Notes: generated by a model from the sequence alone, not told the origin. Positions 1-13,011 are shown, counted from the stretch's first letter. The stretch: 63,419 nt of DNA from Octopus bimaculoides (GCF_001194135.2 NC_068994.1:970235-1033653), one strand, 5' to 3'. Translations and numbers: made by a program.

Positions 1-390
1 TCTTTCAGACCATCTGGTAGCCCAGGTTGAGGTGCATAGGCTGAGATGACAGTAGCTAATCTATGATGAAGCACTAGTCTGATCTTAAGTACTCTGTCAC
101 TTACTCTAACGACCTCGATTACCTTATCCACCCATTTCTCCGCTAGAAGTATTCCTACGCCCCCGACCCCGTCAGTGTTCCCTGCCCAGAAAATCTTGTA
201 CCTGTGTTCTTTGCCTGTGAGGAACCTTGCAGAACCTCCTCTCCATCTTACTTCCTGGATGCAGCACATATCTACGCATCTCCGTTCAAGCATCTCAACA
301 ATTTCACCAGATCTACCTTTCAGCGTGCCGACGTTGAGAGTGCCAATCCTAACAGTATGGGTGTTGGGGGTGTGGGCCTGTAGCCTGGGA
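1..390 (-). mobile_element. RTE-clade LINE, 5' part with APE endonuclease (degenerate, one frameshift; runs off the window)
   Basis: Minus translation: VRIGTLNVGTLKGRSGEIVEMLERRCVDMCCIQEVRWRGGSARFLTG...IFWAGNTDGVGGVGILLAEKWVDKV / IEVVRVSDRVLKIRLV...VISAYAPQPG. These are the canonical APE motifs of RTE elements. Confidence 0.9.
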
Positions 391-457
391 AGGGGAATGT
401 ATGAATATACATACGTACTACATGGATATATGCACACACACACACACATATATATAC

Positions 458-503
<46 letters not shown>

Positions 504-1908
504 CACTACATAAACACACATACGTCTTTTACGATCTGTTGACTTTATTCTCCCAAAACTATTTCTGCAACAAAAGTCCCCTCTCCCGCGTCAAGTAGAC
601 GAATGTGTTACATAAGATTGTACAAACATATTTTATTCTACGCTGCTTGGAGCATCATCAGCTAATTAACGTATTTGATTTAGTGTCAGCAATTAATTCC
701 AGCCCCTATAAAGCATGCTACTCCCTGTCACACAAGTGTCCTAACTCCAACCGGGCAAAACCAAAAAGCCATTTACTTCGTTCATTCTTGCTGGAGCGTT
801 TAGAGTTACCTCCCTTAGATTCCTACAGTTATCTCCCTTGTGCACAAAGCACGTTTTCCTGATTCACCTGCTAGAAATAGCAGTAATATCGGTCTGTAGC
901 ATTTAGAAAAGAACATTAAAAGTTGTAGTCTGATTAACTGTAACACAGGACCTAACAGATCATAGCTGACGTCTGCAACACATATGTCTTTGTTGTTATT
1001 ATTTAACACTCGGTAAGTAAATACCCATCATCAAAAGCATGCATGCTGTGGCCACTCTTTCCTTCTTCAGAAACATTGTTCTCCTAAGTTTCCAGTTTGT
1101 GAGATCATGTTTGGCTGCTATTTTTTGGCATGTAGAGCGATCGCTCATTGTTCCATCAGTTGAGATTGAACCCTTGGCTACCTTCTCATTCCATAAATCT
1201 ATGTTCCAAAACATTTCAGCCAAATTCATCATGCTCTCTTCTAGATGCTATATATATATATATATTACCCTTTCAAAGGATTTTTGCAAAATTTGTCTTC
1301 TTTGTAGCACGTTGACTGACATCAATAATCATCGATTTGGTATTGATCTTTCATCAATAACACGATGCTACAAAATTTTGAATAAGTTTTGTTCATTCTA
1401 ATCTTTTATTATGCAAATTTTTGCACCAATTCCAAAGTTGATCTCAGCAGGATTTGAACTGAGAAACAAAATGCTACCAAGCTTTTGTCCAGCATCCTTG
1501 CTGCCTTGACATCTTGCATAATATTGATATTAAAACAAGAGGAGTGTGAAGGGAGCAGTAATGACATGATGCCATCATTGAAGTGAAAGGAAAACGTAGA
1601 GAGTGAGTGGAGATTGTGGTGATGTAAGATAAGAGGGAGAGAGGGAGAGAGAGAGAGAAAGAAAGAGAGAGAGAAATACAAATGAAACAACCATGTTTGA
1701 AGTCTGGATTATATTTGAAGGCAGATATCTTTATTTAGACAAAAGAATTTCAAAGACAACAACAAGAGAAACAAAAAGGAAATGTTGAAAAGTAGTGATA
1801 ATGTGGGGAGGGGGCAATTCAGGGAATTGAAACTACAACATTATGACAGAGTCCAACACCTTCATATACACACAGGTAGACATACCTATCTATCATTTTT
1901 ATCATTTA

Positions 1909-1952
<44 letters not shown>

Positions 1953-2391
1953 TTTAATAATCCCCACCTCTCTCAGCACATATATGTATCAACTATGTTT
2001 TCATGTGGTTAAAAATCAACATATATAACCTGTGTGTGTGTGTATCTATTATTTGTTTATGTAGATGTTCGTTTCTATGTAAGGTCGTACATTAAACAAT
2101 CAAGTGTTAGATTGAAGGAACACTTCATACTTTTTAAGCAGAGCACCAGGTCCATAAGGAAACGTTTAATAGGGACTTCGAAGTTTTGGTCTTCTTACTG
2201 TCATCACACTGCCTAATGAGAGCCAGGAAGTCTAAACATCAAAGTCCCTGTTAATATTATATATATAATAATGTATTTACAGTCTTTATATTTATTTATA
2301 AACATACAAAACACCATATTTCTCTCTCTCTCTCTCTCTCTCTATAAAACTATCATCTAAACACAAGATATTTGCAATGTGCATATCTCTT

Positions 2392-2430
<39 letters not shown>

Positions 2431-2652
2431 CCAGATGTCTATATTTTCTATATATCTATCTGTACTGATATAAAAGGAAAAAGAAATTGAAATTCAGACA
2501 TTATAAATTAGCAATCAATTTCAACCAATATTTAATTGCAAGTTAATTATTGTAGTGAGGTTGATCATCAATGACCTTAAACATTCACTTTTTGTTTTTT
2601 GTTCTCGCTGGTTCTTCATTCCCAAGATTGTATAGCAAAACCAGTTTCCAAG

Positions 2653-3556
2653 TTATCTTCTACAAGAATCAAGTGGATCTCTTTGATATGCAGTAATCCC
2701 ATTGTCATTGGATGGAGAATGGTATTGTCCCACATGTCTTGGACGTTTCCTTTGTAAAAAAGTGAAGGACTGAATTATGTCAGCTTCTTTGTTTATAATT
2801 TCTGTTTTCCTGGTTCCATTTACAGGTCTTCGAGATCTAAAATGTCGAAATGAATTCTTTTTACTATTTTTGGGAATATAGAACTCACCGGTGCAAGTGT
2901 GTCTGCAAGACTTGACTGATTCATCGACATTTTCGTGGTTACTTAATGAAGTCGATGTGAATTGATAAGCTTCCCCTCGAGTTATCGAGTTACAGCTTCT
3001 CTTATTACTAATTCTTGCTCCGCCCAATTTTATTTCACTATCTGTAGTATTATTTATCAGGGAGTTTTCCTGGTGGAACATATTGTTCCTGCCAAAATCA
3101 TTGTCCATAACTGAAACCTCGATACCATTTCGATGAAAATCTTCTGTGGCATTCTGTCGAATGTGATCCAGATAATCACTGGTTGGTGTCTGTAAGCTGT
3201 TGACCTGTTCTGCTGCATATCTTTGCAAAAATTCCAGGTAGCCAGGTCTCTGTCTTGCCAATAAGACTCTCATTAATTGTGTCTTCAATAACATCTTGCA
3301 AGTCATGGGACTAGACACAGCAGTCAAGGCCGTTGCTGACCGTTGTTGGCACAAATCATTTAATTTCATCTGATAATCCAAATAGGATTTTGGTAACATT
3401 GTTTGAGTTGGACTTAGGTCGCAATTATGAGAGGTTTGCTCAGGGATTTGGAAACTTGCAGGGAAGGTCATATTGGGAAAGTTCCAACGGCAGAACCCAA
3501 ACTGATGTGGGTGAGTTATGGTCGTTCCATTGTCCATGTTAACAGACCAAGAATTC
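2653..3556 (-). CDS. Orphan protein, terminal coding exon (likely start Met at 3537, ~294 aa); no recognisable domain
   Basis: About 900 nt stop-free ORF in AT-rich non-repetitive DNA. Strong acceptor on minus (tttttcttgactttttcttgcag|G at 3556). Good Kozak context (aacATGg) at 3537. Stop TAA at 2653-2655. Confidence 0.65.
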
Positions 3557-4134
3557 CTGCAAGAAAAAGTCAAGAAAAATTACTTTTTATGCAGTTGTTT
3601 GTGGGAAGAAGGGTCACATCAGTGGCCCTTTTTGAGTAATTTTGTGAATAGGGAGAGGGGGGATATATCTCAGAAGAGTAACCAGAAGACTTGAACTCCA
3701 CAAAAATTACCCAAAGAAACAACAGAGGCATGCAGGGACCAGGTAATGTTAAATTGGGTGACAACAGAGTGAAATTGACAAAAAGAAAGCCTTGGATCAG
3801 GTAGGGATGCTAAACTAGTGGGGCTCCACTAGAGGTATCCAAAGAGCAGGTAATTGTATTAAAATGGATGACAACTCAGTTGAAAGTACCAAATGGCAGG
3901 GGTGGAAACAGAGTGGACTCAACTGAAGGTATCCAAAAGACCAGACTCCATTGTAGGGAGCCAGAGATTCAGGGTTTTGTGTAACATCAGAGTGGGCACT
4001 AGGAAAGATGCCTAATGACCAGGTCATTGTAAACTGGACAACAAAGTGGATTCCACCAATGGTATCCAAGGTGCTTCCCACGAGTTTGACTTGCAAAAGA
4101 GACCTTTTATTAATTTCAAAGAAGTTTAAGACTA

Positions 4135-4870
4135 ATCCCCTTCAAAGTATGATCCTCTGACTTTTAGCACTCCATGAAGGCCCCATGGAAGTCGTCCGAA
4201 GGGAAGGTGTCTAGGACAGTTTTGATGACCATCTCTGTCAAGTAGGGGTTACCAGGATGGAATTGTGGACTGGTGCATTGTCCTGGTGCAGCTGCCACTG
4301 ACCCAAGTGGAAGAGTTCTCACCTTTTGCACCAAAATCTCTTAAATCCTCTCAAAACCTCCACAAACTACAATTTGTTGATCGTTTGACCAGTGGGAACC
4401 CAGTGGATGTAGATGAAGCTGTCAAATAAGGGGATCATCAAGAGATTCTTGCTGGCCTTGCTTTACCTTGCCTTCTTAGATCTGGGGCAGCCAGGACGCA
4501 TCCATTGGACATGATATCTCTTGACCTTTGGATCATAATAATAGAGCCAGCTTACGTCATAGGTCACCAGAAATTGAAGAACTCTTAAATTGCAGGTAAT
4601 GAACTCAACCATCTCCTGTTGTCCACAATGCGTCTTTCCTTCTGTTCATTGCTGAGCATCTTTGGAACAAGCTTTGCTCAAATTTCACCCATTATCAGAT
4701 CTTTGTGAATAATTTTGTGTACAGTTGCTGTACCAATTCCAAACTGTTGGCTTATTGTCTTTACAGACACATGATGGTCTTCATCCAGAAGATTACAAAT
4801 TTTCTCAACCTGTCGGTCATGATGACAGTAAGTTCTAGAAGTACAGGGTGTCTGGGATAAAGTTAACAAT
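4135..4870 (-). mobile_element. Mariner (Tc1/mariner) transposase remnant, pseudogenised
   Basis: Minus translation gives HTH-like VEKICNLLDEDHHVSVKTISQQFGIGTATVHKIIHKDL, then *AKLVPKML (WVPxxL motif), VTYDVSWLYYYDP (first D) and WQLHQDNAPVH (second D), with stops and frameshifts. Confidence 0.85.
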
Positions 4871-7382
4871 TTGTATCAAAGTAAACACAATATCCCATTC
4901 AAAACAAAAATAGTTCAAATCAAAAGATACCAACTAGGTTATGGCTGGGCAATAATAGTTTGCTCAAAATAGCTGTCTTCAACTTCCACTGCAGAGTCAC
5001 AATGGCTCTGCAAACTGGCACATGCGTTCCTCACTGTGTCCCTTTGATCTTGGCTACCAACTCGGCCTTGGTGAAGTCATTGAAATTCTGATTCTTTCTG
5101 AAGGTATGGCAAAAAACTGAACCCTGCTGCCACACATATGTCCTTCCAACAGCAACACTCCCTCTCCAGCAACTTCATATACCATTCAAATTGAGTCTAA
5201 GGCCCTGTTCATCAGTTGTTGGATGAATTCTGGCATGCAAATGCAGTCAGACCACCTGTTGTGTCCCTTCCTGCTGGTTTCAGCTTTGTAGTCTTCAATG
5301 CTGTTACTCATACCAGGTCTTCCAGCCTTTACACTGTTTACAGAGCAGTGAGCAGCAGACATGACGTTGGCATTTTGATACCCAATGCAAATCATGACAC
5401 TGGTAACTTTTCTTCCAATATTCGGATGGTTTCCAGTCCTCCACATCAGCTAACTTTTTCTTAACTACAACTCTTTAATCTTCATGCTCTCCAATGCTGT
5501 TGACCAGTACATCAAGCTGTTCATGAAAAAAAGGAGTCCCCCCCCCACCAATCAAATTTACCCAAACACCCTGCATACACACATACATATATTTGTAAAT
5601 ATTGGTCAAGGAGAAAGAGTGCTCAACTGGTGGATAAAGATTATTTGTGGATTAAGGCTACCATTAATTTCATGCAAAGGAGTCACAAGGTATCTCTATA
5701 GAATGCCATACAAACACAGTTTAAGCATACAAAAACACACATTTTGCTTCTTCATTTTCATATAAAAAAAAAATCTTCCAAGGAAAATTACAAATTCACT
5801 TCCTTAATTTTACACCAAGATAAGAACTTTGAGACAAATTGGTCAACAGTTGGAATTCAACTTGGGACTTGAACGATTGTATTACAGAATTAATTCTCAT
5901 CCATCCTTAACCTCCGATCAAACATCATGGGGACATATAGGCATTATAGTTATGCTATTTAGCTCTCTTTAACTTTGGGCCGCAGGCGCTACCTTCAAAG
6001 CCTGCATGGAATGTGGTTTTTAAAATTGCAAATTGAATTTAATAGGACAAAAAATATCGCCTACATAATTATTATTATTATAGAGACAACAGATTCACGA
6101 CATCTAATTATCTTTTATGAAATTAGAAGATAAATTTTATCATGTCCCACTCGAGTGGGACATTTCTTTACAAAAGCTTTTTAATCCCACAGTTTAGTGT
6201 AGACCCAAGAAAAGAGGGTGGTTATGAACTGAAGTAATTTCGTCTTCATCAGGAATATTGTCTACTGAAGGGGAGCAAGCATGGATGGAGGAAAGAAAAC
6301 AGGGAAGAGATAGAGACGAGCACGCATGCCTTCGTACATTGTGAGGAACTGAGAGGACTGATAACCTATGACGAACAACTGGTGTCAGATATGGAAAGAG
6401 TACGGTTATCGACTGAGTCTATCATCAAGATTGTGCTGCCTCACTCCTTTAACAAGGATAAGGAGGCGTCATTTTTCTACATAGTAGCCGTATTGAAAGA
6501 GACAGTATGGGTGACGCGTGGAAGAGGAATTGAGACAGGCGACTTTATCTCTGGACACGGGTTCGTTAGTTTTTTTTTAACTACCACCTGTCCAGAAAGA
6601 TCAGTCTGGAGAAAAGGTACCTGCCTCGAAGAACGTTTGAGAAAAGATGGACAAATGTCGTAAGTAAGTCGAGAGTGAATGGAGCCGCGCGAGTGTAGCT
6701 GGTCTGAACAGAAAAGGTAAAAAAAAAAAAAGACGGAAGAAAAAACAACAAAAAGGTATTATAAAAAGTAAAGGGAAAAAACCGGCAGGTCGAACATGAA
6801 CACGAAAAATATATCATTGTTTAATTCTTAAATTCATTTCGATTTCATTGTACTGTGTAAATTCGTTTGATTTTTAGACGAACTAACTAATGTATAACCC
6901 CAGCCCCTAAATGTTTTTTGTTTTGTCCCCCCTGTGTCATGACCTGTGTGCCAAAGAAAAGAAATTAGTTAGCGAGAGCGACCATCAGTTAGTGAACGAA
7001 CAGCTAGTCAGGACCACAAGCAGGCAGCTACTATAGACAAATGGTCAGAGGAAGAAAGAAGTTTATGATCAGCAACTATGCAAGACAACTTCCCTCGACT
7101 CTCTCACTAGCTCAGCTCACTTTCTTCTTACAACTTTACTCCATTTCTATCTGTAATTACTACTACACAATGAAGAGAACACAAACTATACAAGGAAAAT
7201 CTACGACATGTATCTTTACTTCGCATGCTTTAACGATTTTATCACCTACCTGTCAAGGCAAGGTATTTTACAATGTAACGGTAAAATAAAATATTTTCTT
7301 TACAACTTCAATCACTGTTCTTTCATCTTTACATAATGGCAATCAACGAAAAACTAATCCTTACAAACTGATCACAACTCCG

Positions 7383-7740
7383 TTACCGACTAATGGAACA
7401 AAAGGCATTCCTAAGGTCCAGGATGACCTTTGGGGACTCAGAGGGCAAGTTGGTGAAAGCCCTAGTGGCATGAGCAGCAGCAGCCTCACAACCTAGCTTT
7501 GTTCCCACTCCTGGCTGAATAGAAGAAAATTCCACAAACAGGCAGAAACTGAAGACAGACTTTCGCTGTGAGACATGGCTGAGTACAACCAACTGCCATG
7601 GGGCAGAGGTCACCTTTGAGCTTGGTGAGACCAAATAATTTAGCCCCGAAGAACAGGGGACGAATGTAGGTAAGGACACTCAGACAAGAACAAGTTTACA
7701 AACTGTGTTGGGTTTTCCAAGAGCTCGAGACGAACATCAC
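7383..7740 (-). mobile_element. CRE-like (RLE-class non-LTR) reverse transcriptase fragment
   Basis: Minus frames: PLFFGAKLFGLTKLKGDLCPMAVGC and IQPGVGTKLGCEAAAAHATRAF...VILDLRNAFCSISR. These match the recalled CRE-type motifs FFGAxLIALxKKDGGIRPIAVG and QLGVG..GCEAAVHA.R...LDFxNAFNS. Confidence 0.75.
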
Positions 7741-7870
7741 CGGCTGACAGCATTTAAAAGTTTATGAGGCATTTGAAAAAAGTGAAAAAGCTCTATTTTG
7801 AAAAGAAATTAACTTTTTTTTTATTTTTTTTACTGGAAACTCAGACATAAACCTGGATTTAAAGAATCTT

Positions 7871-8188
7871 GGATCTATTTTAAAACGGGGGCCACATTTT
7901 TCATTAATGTTTTACGTAGTGTTTTTGGTACGGAAAGACTTTCAAACTTCGTATACTTATCTATTTTGTGTTATAGAACAGAAAAATATTTTTGTATTCG
8001 AATTTATTTCATGTAAAAAATTGTCTTATTTCGATAATTTCAACCAATCATTGACAAGTATTCAGTTGTTTACATTTACTCCTTTGGCTGATTAAGCGGT
8101 GTAAAGCGTATTTAATCTCCATACCTTCGTTTTATTTGCTTTTTTCATTTTAAATTTGCTTTAACCCTAACCGCAGGGTTAGGGTTAA
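7871..8188. repeat. Dispersed repeat ending in a TTAGGG-based hairpin (possible Helitron/Helentron-type non-autonomous element)
   Basis: 7871-7970 is near-identical to 13957-14058 (gtagtgtttttggtac[g/c]gaaagactttcaaacttcgtatacttatctattttgtg). Perfect 12-bp stem ttaaccctaacc-gcag-ggttagggttaa at 8161-8188. The superfamily call is inference. Confidence 0.55.
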
Positions 8189-9513
8189 TTGTTTCAGAAT
8201 CGTTTGTNNNNNNNNNNNNNNNNNNNNNNNNNNNNNNNNNNNNNNNNNNNNNNNNNNNNNNNNNNNNNNNNNNNNNNNNNNNNNNNNNNNNNNNNNNNNN
8301 NNNNNNNNNNNNNNNNNNNNNNNNNNNNNNNNNNNNNNNNNNNNNNNNNNNNNNNNNNNNNNNNNNNNNNNNNNNNNNNNNNNNNNNNNNNNNNNNNNNN
8401 NNNNNNNNNNNNNNNNNNNNNNNNNNNNNNNNNNNNNNNNNNNNNNNNNNNNNNNNNNNNNNNNNNNNNNNNNNNNNNNNNNNNNNNNNNNNNNNNNNNN
8501 NNNNNNNNNNNNNNNNNNNNNNNNNNNNNNNNNNNNNNNNNNNNNNNNNNNNNNNNNNNNNNNNNNNNNNNNNNNNNNNNNNNNNNNNNNNNNNNNNNNN
8601 NNNNNNNNNNNNNNNNNNNNNNNNNNNNNNNNNNNNNNNNNNNNNNNNNNNNNNNNNNNNNNNNNNNNNNNNNNNNNNNNNNNNNNNNNNNNNNNNNNNN
8701 NNNNNNNNNNNNNNNNNNNNNNNNNNNNNNNNNNNNNNNNNNNNNNNNNNNNNNNNNNNNNNNNNNNNNNNNNNNNNNNNNNNNNNNNNNNNNNNNNNNN
8801 NNNNNNNNNNNNNNNNNNNNNNNNNNNNNNNNNNNNNNNNNNNNNNNNNNNNNNNNNNNNNNNNNNNNNNNNNNNNNNNNNNNNNNNNNNNNNNNNNNNN
8901 NNNNNNNNNNNNNNNNNNNNNNNNNNNNNNNNNNNNNTATTTTTCTGACGGAAAGGTGTGATTTATGGGAGATTTGGGTGTTTTTTCTAGAGTATTCTAC
9001 GACCGGTAAGGTTCAGGTTGAGAAAAATTATAATTTTCAAAAACACTTTTTTTTTTTAATGGCTGAGAAAATGGAAAATACTGGAAAACATCAATACTTA
9101 TGAGAGAGAGAAAGGAACGAGGAAAGTGGTCATGCGACATGCTAGAAACAACAGACAAACCTCCCTTTAATCACACATCTTTTTGCCTGAAAATAATTTG
9201 TTTTTAACATAGTAAAAGCCCACAAAAATTCGACCAAAATCGGTCGAGAGATGGGAAGATGGCGGAGAGGGGGGGAGGGTAAAAAGAAAAAAAAAAGAAA
9301 GCATTTTTCGAAAAATTACTTTTGTTAAAAAGATGCTCCAGAACATTTTCAAAGGAACCTTTCTGTTTATTCGGCACTTACGGCCACAACATTACAATGG
9401 GGACATAAAATATAAAACGAATGACAATGAGATGTTATATAATGAAATGGCTTCATGGGACCCCATTCCCATCCAGTACCATTTCAACGTTTCTATACAC
9501 GATTTCTACTCAC

Positions 9514-10103
9514 CATCGTTCACTTTTTCTATTCTTTTTTCTTAATTATCTGGAGTTTTTTCTCTTTTTTTTTATATATTTATAACACAAAACATTTTTT
9601 TCCCTTCTTTTTTGTTCCTTTTTTTTCCAGACAATTTTACTTTTTTTTATCTCATAAAAGGCTCCAAGTCCTTAAGTTCGATTCCTGGTGGCAGCTCGTC
9701 GAACTCCACCGCATCATTTTCAAAGGCACCATGAGAAAAAAAAATCAAATATGAACAATCCCCGTCAAAACGGAGAAATTACAATTTATGTGAGACATCT
9801 TATCGCTGAAGTCCGCCGAAAATATTAACAAATAGGGGAGTCTTTGATGGTGGCAGAAGAGAAATATTTCACTGTTTTAGATAGATTTAATAACGAAATA
9901 AAGTATATTTAGATAAACTTATTAGAGCAGGGGGCCACAGGAGATATGCGCTTTCTGACAACGGAGGGAGTAGTGATTGTTCAACAAATAAAACATTTAA
10001 TCAAACACCATTAAAAGCTGAAGTTTTAGTAAAACATGGAGGAAATGGGCTTTGCAGACGATAATAAAGAACTTCCACCTGATTAAAAAGGGCTGGAAGG
10101 AAC
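9514..10103 (-). other. Putative 5'UTR exon of the minus-strand orphan gene
   Basis: Minus acceptor ...ctttttcccactgcctttcttttcag|G at 10103. Donor ATG|gtgagt at 9514; alternative donor gcc|gtaagt at 9382. The link to the 3556 exon is inferred, not shown. Confidence 0.4.
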
Positions 10104-11244
10104 CTGAAAAGAAAGGCAGTGGGAAAAAGTAAAAGGGGAGAGACAAAAACTGACAAGGTAAATAAAAGAAGGGACTTACATTGAGTTGAAAATAATTCGT
10201 GGATTTCTGACGACTTGAATTTCTCGTAGTTGTTCGTTGGAGATTGAAAACGTTTGTAGCGGGACGAGTCCATTACTGACGGTGAGTGGTGGTAGCCATA
10301 TAGAGAACGAGAACATTAGAGTCAGACTAGTCCATTATTCGTGAGAGTGGCCAAATAGTTTCAAACAGTTTTTTTGTGTTCCATCGAATTTTTCTATTTC
10401 AATTGATGTGTGTGGAAGATAAATTGGCCAATTGCACAAAGAATTTCGATTTGAATTTGGTCTTACCCCCTCACAAAAAAATCACGGGATGGTCACGGTT
10501 GAAATAACTTTGTAGAATTGCTCCATTACAGTTGACGTGGGTTACATAAGAATAAACAGGACAATGGAAGGAGTCCGAGTGAATGACCGTGTGTTTAGTG
10601 TCCACAGGAATTAAGTGGAGAGGGTTTGAGTGGTATTTGAGGGAGATATGCACTACTTCTAGCTGGGGAAGAGAGGCGGGTACCGGCCATTTATCAGTGG
10701 AGTGGGGTGAAATAGAATGATGTGTCGTGATTCCAACTGGAAATTGAAACCGCGCTCACTAGGTTCACTGTAATATATTTGAAAGATAACGACAGTCAAC
10801 AAATACAGTGTCAGCCCATAGCCTACAAAATATTCTACTGGCAGTAGTGTGTCACATGGAATATAAAGTACACGTGAAGTACTGAGGATGATTTAATAGA
10901 TTGTACTCGCCTCCAAATCGTTGCCCTCTGTCGATGTTAGAAATTAATATGTTGGTCACGGATGGATTGTCGGTGAGGTTCATCTCGATATCTTTAATAT
11001 TCTGCCAAATACAGTTCGCTAATTTTTCTAGTTTACGGTGAGAACGAACATTTAACCTCTCTATTGAAAACGGATTCCTGACATGAGCAGACTTATTCTA
11101 GGGAAGAAACAAAACTAAGTGAAACGACCGCCGTTTATTACTGGTACATCATTTATTGCAACTCCTCCCCATGAGGGATGACAGATAAAAACCAGACAGA
11201 ATTTGAACTCGAGATCTTGAAACGAAAGTAGTTTTCGTATTTAC

Positions 11245-11400
11245 CTTGACAGGAGAGCACACATAAGGGAGAGGGAAACGTGGATCCCAGTACATGACTG
11301 GTAGTTTTAACGACGTCACCAGCAAGAAATTCAAATTCCATTGCAGTTCAGAACGTAAATTGATGTCGGTAAATACCACAAGGTATTTCCCGTCCGTCTG
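11245..11400 (-). other. Putative first (non-coding) exon of the minus-strand orphan gene, divergent from the RTK
   Basis: Minus donor caag|gtaaat at 11245 in a CpG-containing, repeat-poor promoter-like region. The 5' end is approximate. Confidence 0.3.
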
Positions 11401-12371
11401 TCAATCCAGCTCCCACCCCCATTCTTTGTGGAATATTCACAGAAACAATCCATTGTCTTATTGGCCAGGGATTATTGTGTCTTCGCTGGGATTAAACTGT
11501 CTTTCAATGGAGTTCCCTTCACCCGTTAAACCGATGCCCCAAGCAAAGCCCATCATATGCTTCCTCTTCTCTCAGCCCTACATACACCCGTCTCCCTACA
11601 TTGGGCTCTCCCCCTCTAATGTTCTCCACAATTTTCTCCTCCCATCGTTCCCGTCAAAAAGTATAATTAACTTACAAATAAGAAATGTATGATTCTTCAT
11701 GCCTTGCTATGCATCCTCAAGTTCCTTGATGGATTTGCAGGGGTGTCATCGTAACTTTTGAATTTGGCAGTTTTAGACCTGGAGATGAAAGATCTTTTCC
11801 AGCCCTGGACACAATCGATTTCTTCCAGAAGGAGAGAAAATGACAGAAAGAATTTGAAAAGAATCGATCCCAGGATTAATATTCTATCGATTCCTAAAGG
11901 ATGGAGGGCCACTTAGAGCATAATGAGTTTAGGCGATTACCGGAAAGCAACCTCTTCAACGCCGTAACGTTGTGCACAGAGTCCCATAATCTTTACACAA
12001 TGAAGTGCAGAAGTTGACTTTGATTAAAAAAACAAAAACATTGGCCATCCCGCTTTTCCTTTCGGGAATAGTGTATCTAGGACTACATTGTCTTATCTGT
12101 CTGTTTTTTTTTTTCTTCGTCAAGATTGCATGTTGGAACTTAATTGAAATTTAGTTGCTATTTCTTTTCGGTTGAGCGGTTACGTGTTGGTCCCTTGTTA
12201 GGATAGGCGAGAATAGAGTTTGGTCGCGCGAATCTGATGATAGCGGCAAATGAATAAACACCAGCAGATGGATGATATCTATTTTTATCACCATCCAGAG
12301 TTGTTAAATACAGAGAGAGAGAGAGAGAGAGGGGGGGGGACGTTGGAAAATACAAAACAAAAAATTGCAAA

Positions 12372-12577
12372 ATATTGGTTTCAGATGTTGGCTCAAGGCC
12401 AGCAAGTCCAGGGGAGGGGATGAGTCAATTATATCGACCCAGTGTGTAGCTGGTACTTATTTTATCGACCCCCGGAAGGATGAAAGCCAAAGTTGATCTC
12501 AGCAGAATTTGAACTCTGAACGTAAAGGCAGATGAACTGCAGCCAAGCATTTTGTCCACTGTACTAACGATTCTGCT
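12372..12577 (-). mobile_element. Octopus-type tRNA-derived SINE
   Basis: Reverse complement of the family seen at 17868, 23493, 38075 and 44975 (gttcaaattc.gc.gaggtc.actttgcctttcatcc...gggtcgat...aagtaccag). Confidence 0.75.
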
Positions 12578-13011
12578 ACATTGCTAGATATTACAATGAC
12601 CGTTTCTTGTATGCCTCCCAAGTTATTGCTCAGGGCTGGTTGGTACATTTGGACAATTAACGATGGATTAATGAAAAAGTCTTAATACCTGGCGCCCGTG
12701 CTGTGTTCGTCTATATACGTAGATGTTTCTGTGTGTAGTGTGGTTTAGCAGATAAATTTTACACTTGACAAAAATTTCGTTCTCCTTATCAAACAACTTT
12801 GGCCCTGTTATCATTTAATCCCTCTCAGTTTCCGGGGAAGGCTGGTCACTTACCGGACGTAGAACATTTCACAGTATTTGCATAATAACACTGATTACCC
12901 ATGAGTCTTTGCAGAGGCGAAGAGAAGCCACAGTCGAAATATCTTACTGTTTCAAGAAGTTCATGGTTTTTACACTGAATATATTGGACAACAAGAGAAA
13001 TAATTATCTTG

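Noticed and set aside
999-1250. Coding-like minus fragment (DLWNEKVAK...HDLTNWKLRRTMFLKKE)
   Set aside because: It seems frameshifted and I cannot assign a family. Probably a TE relic; BLASTX is needed.
6232-6252. Second CTGATGA...GAAA core on the minus strand
   Set aside because: Only 4 nt between the core halves, so stem II cannot form, and there is no stem I/III pairing.
6258-7150. PBS-like tggtgtcaga (~6381), ORF 6382-6663 and a possible solo LTR (~6933-7150)
   Set aside because: No target-site duplication, paired LTR or recognisable gag/pol motif.
8189-9103. 304-aa ORF (and the 187-264 aa ORFs at 39683-40477)
   Set aside because: Almost entirely N-gap translated as X.
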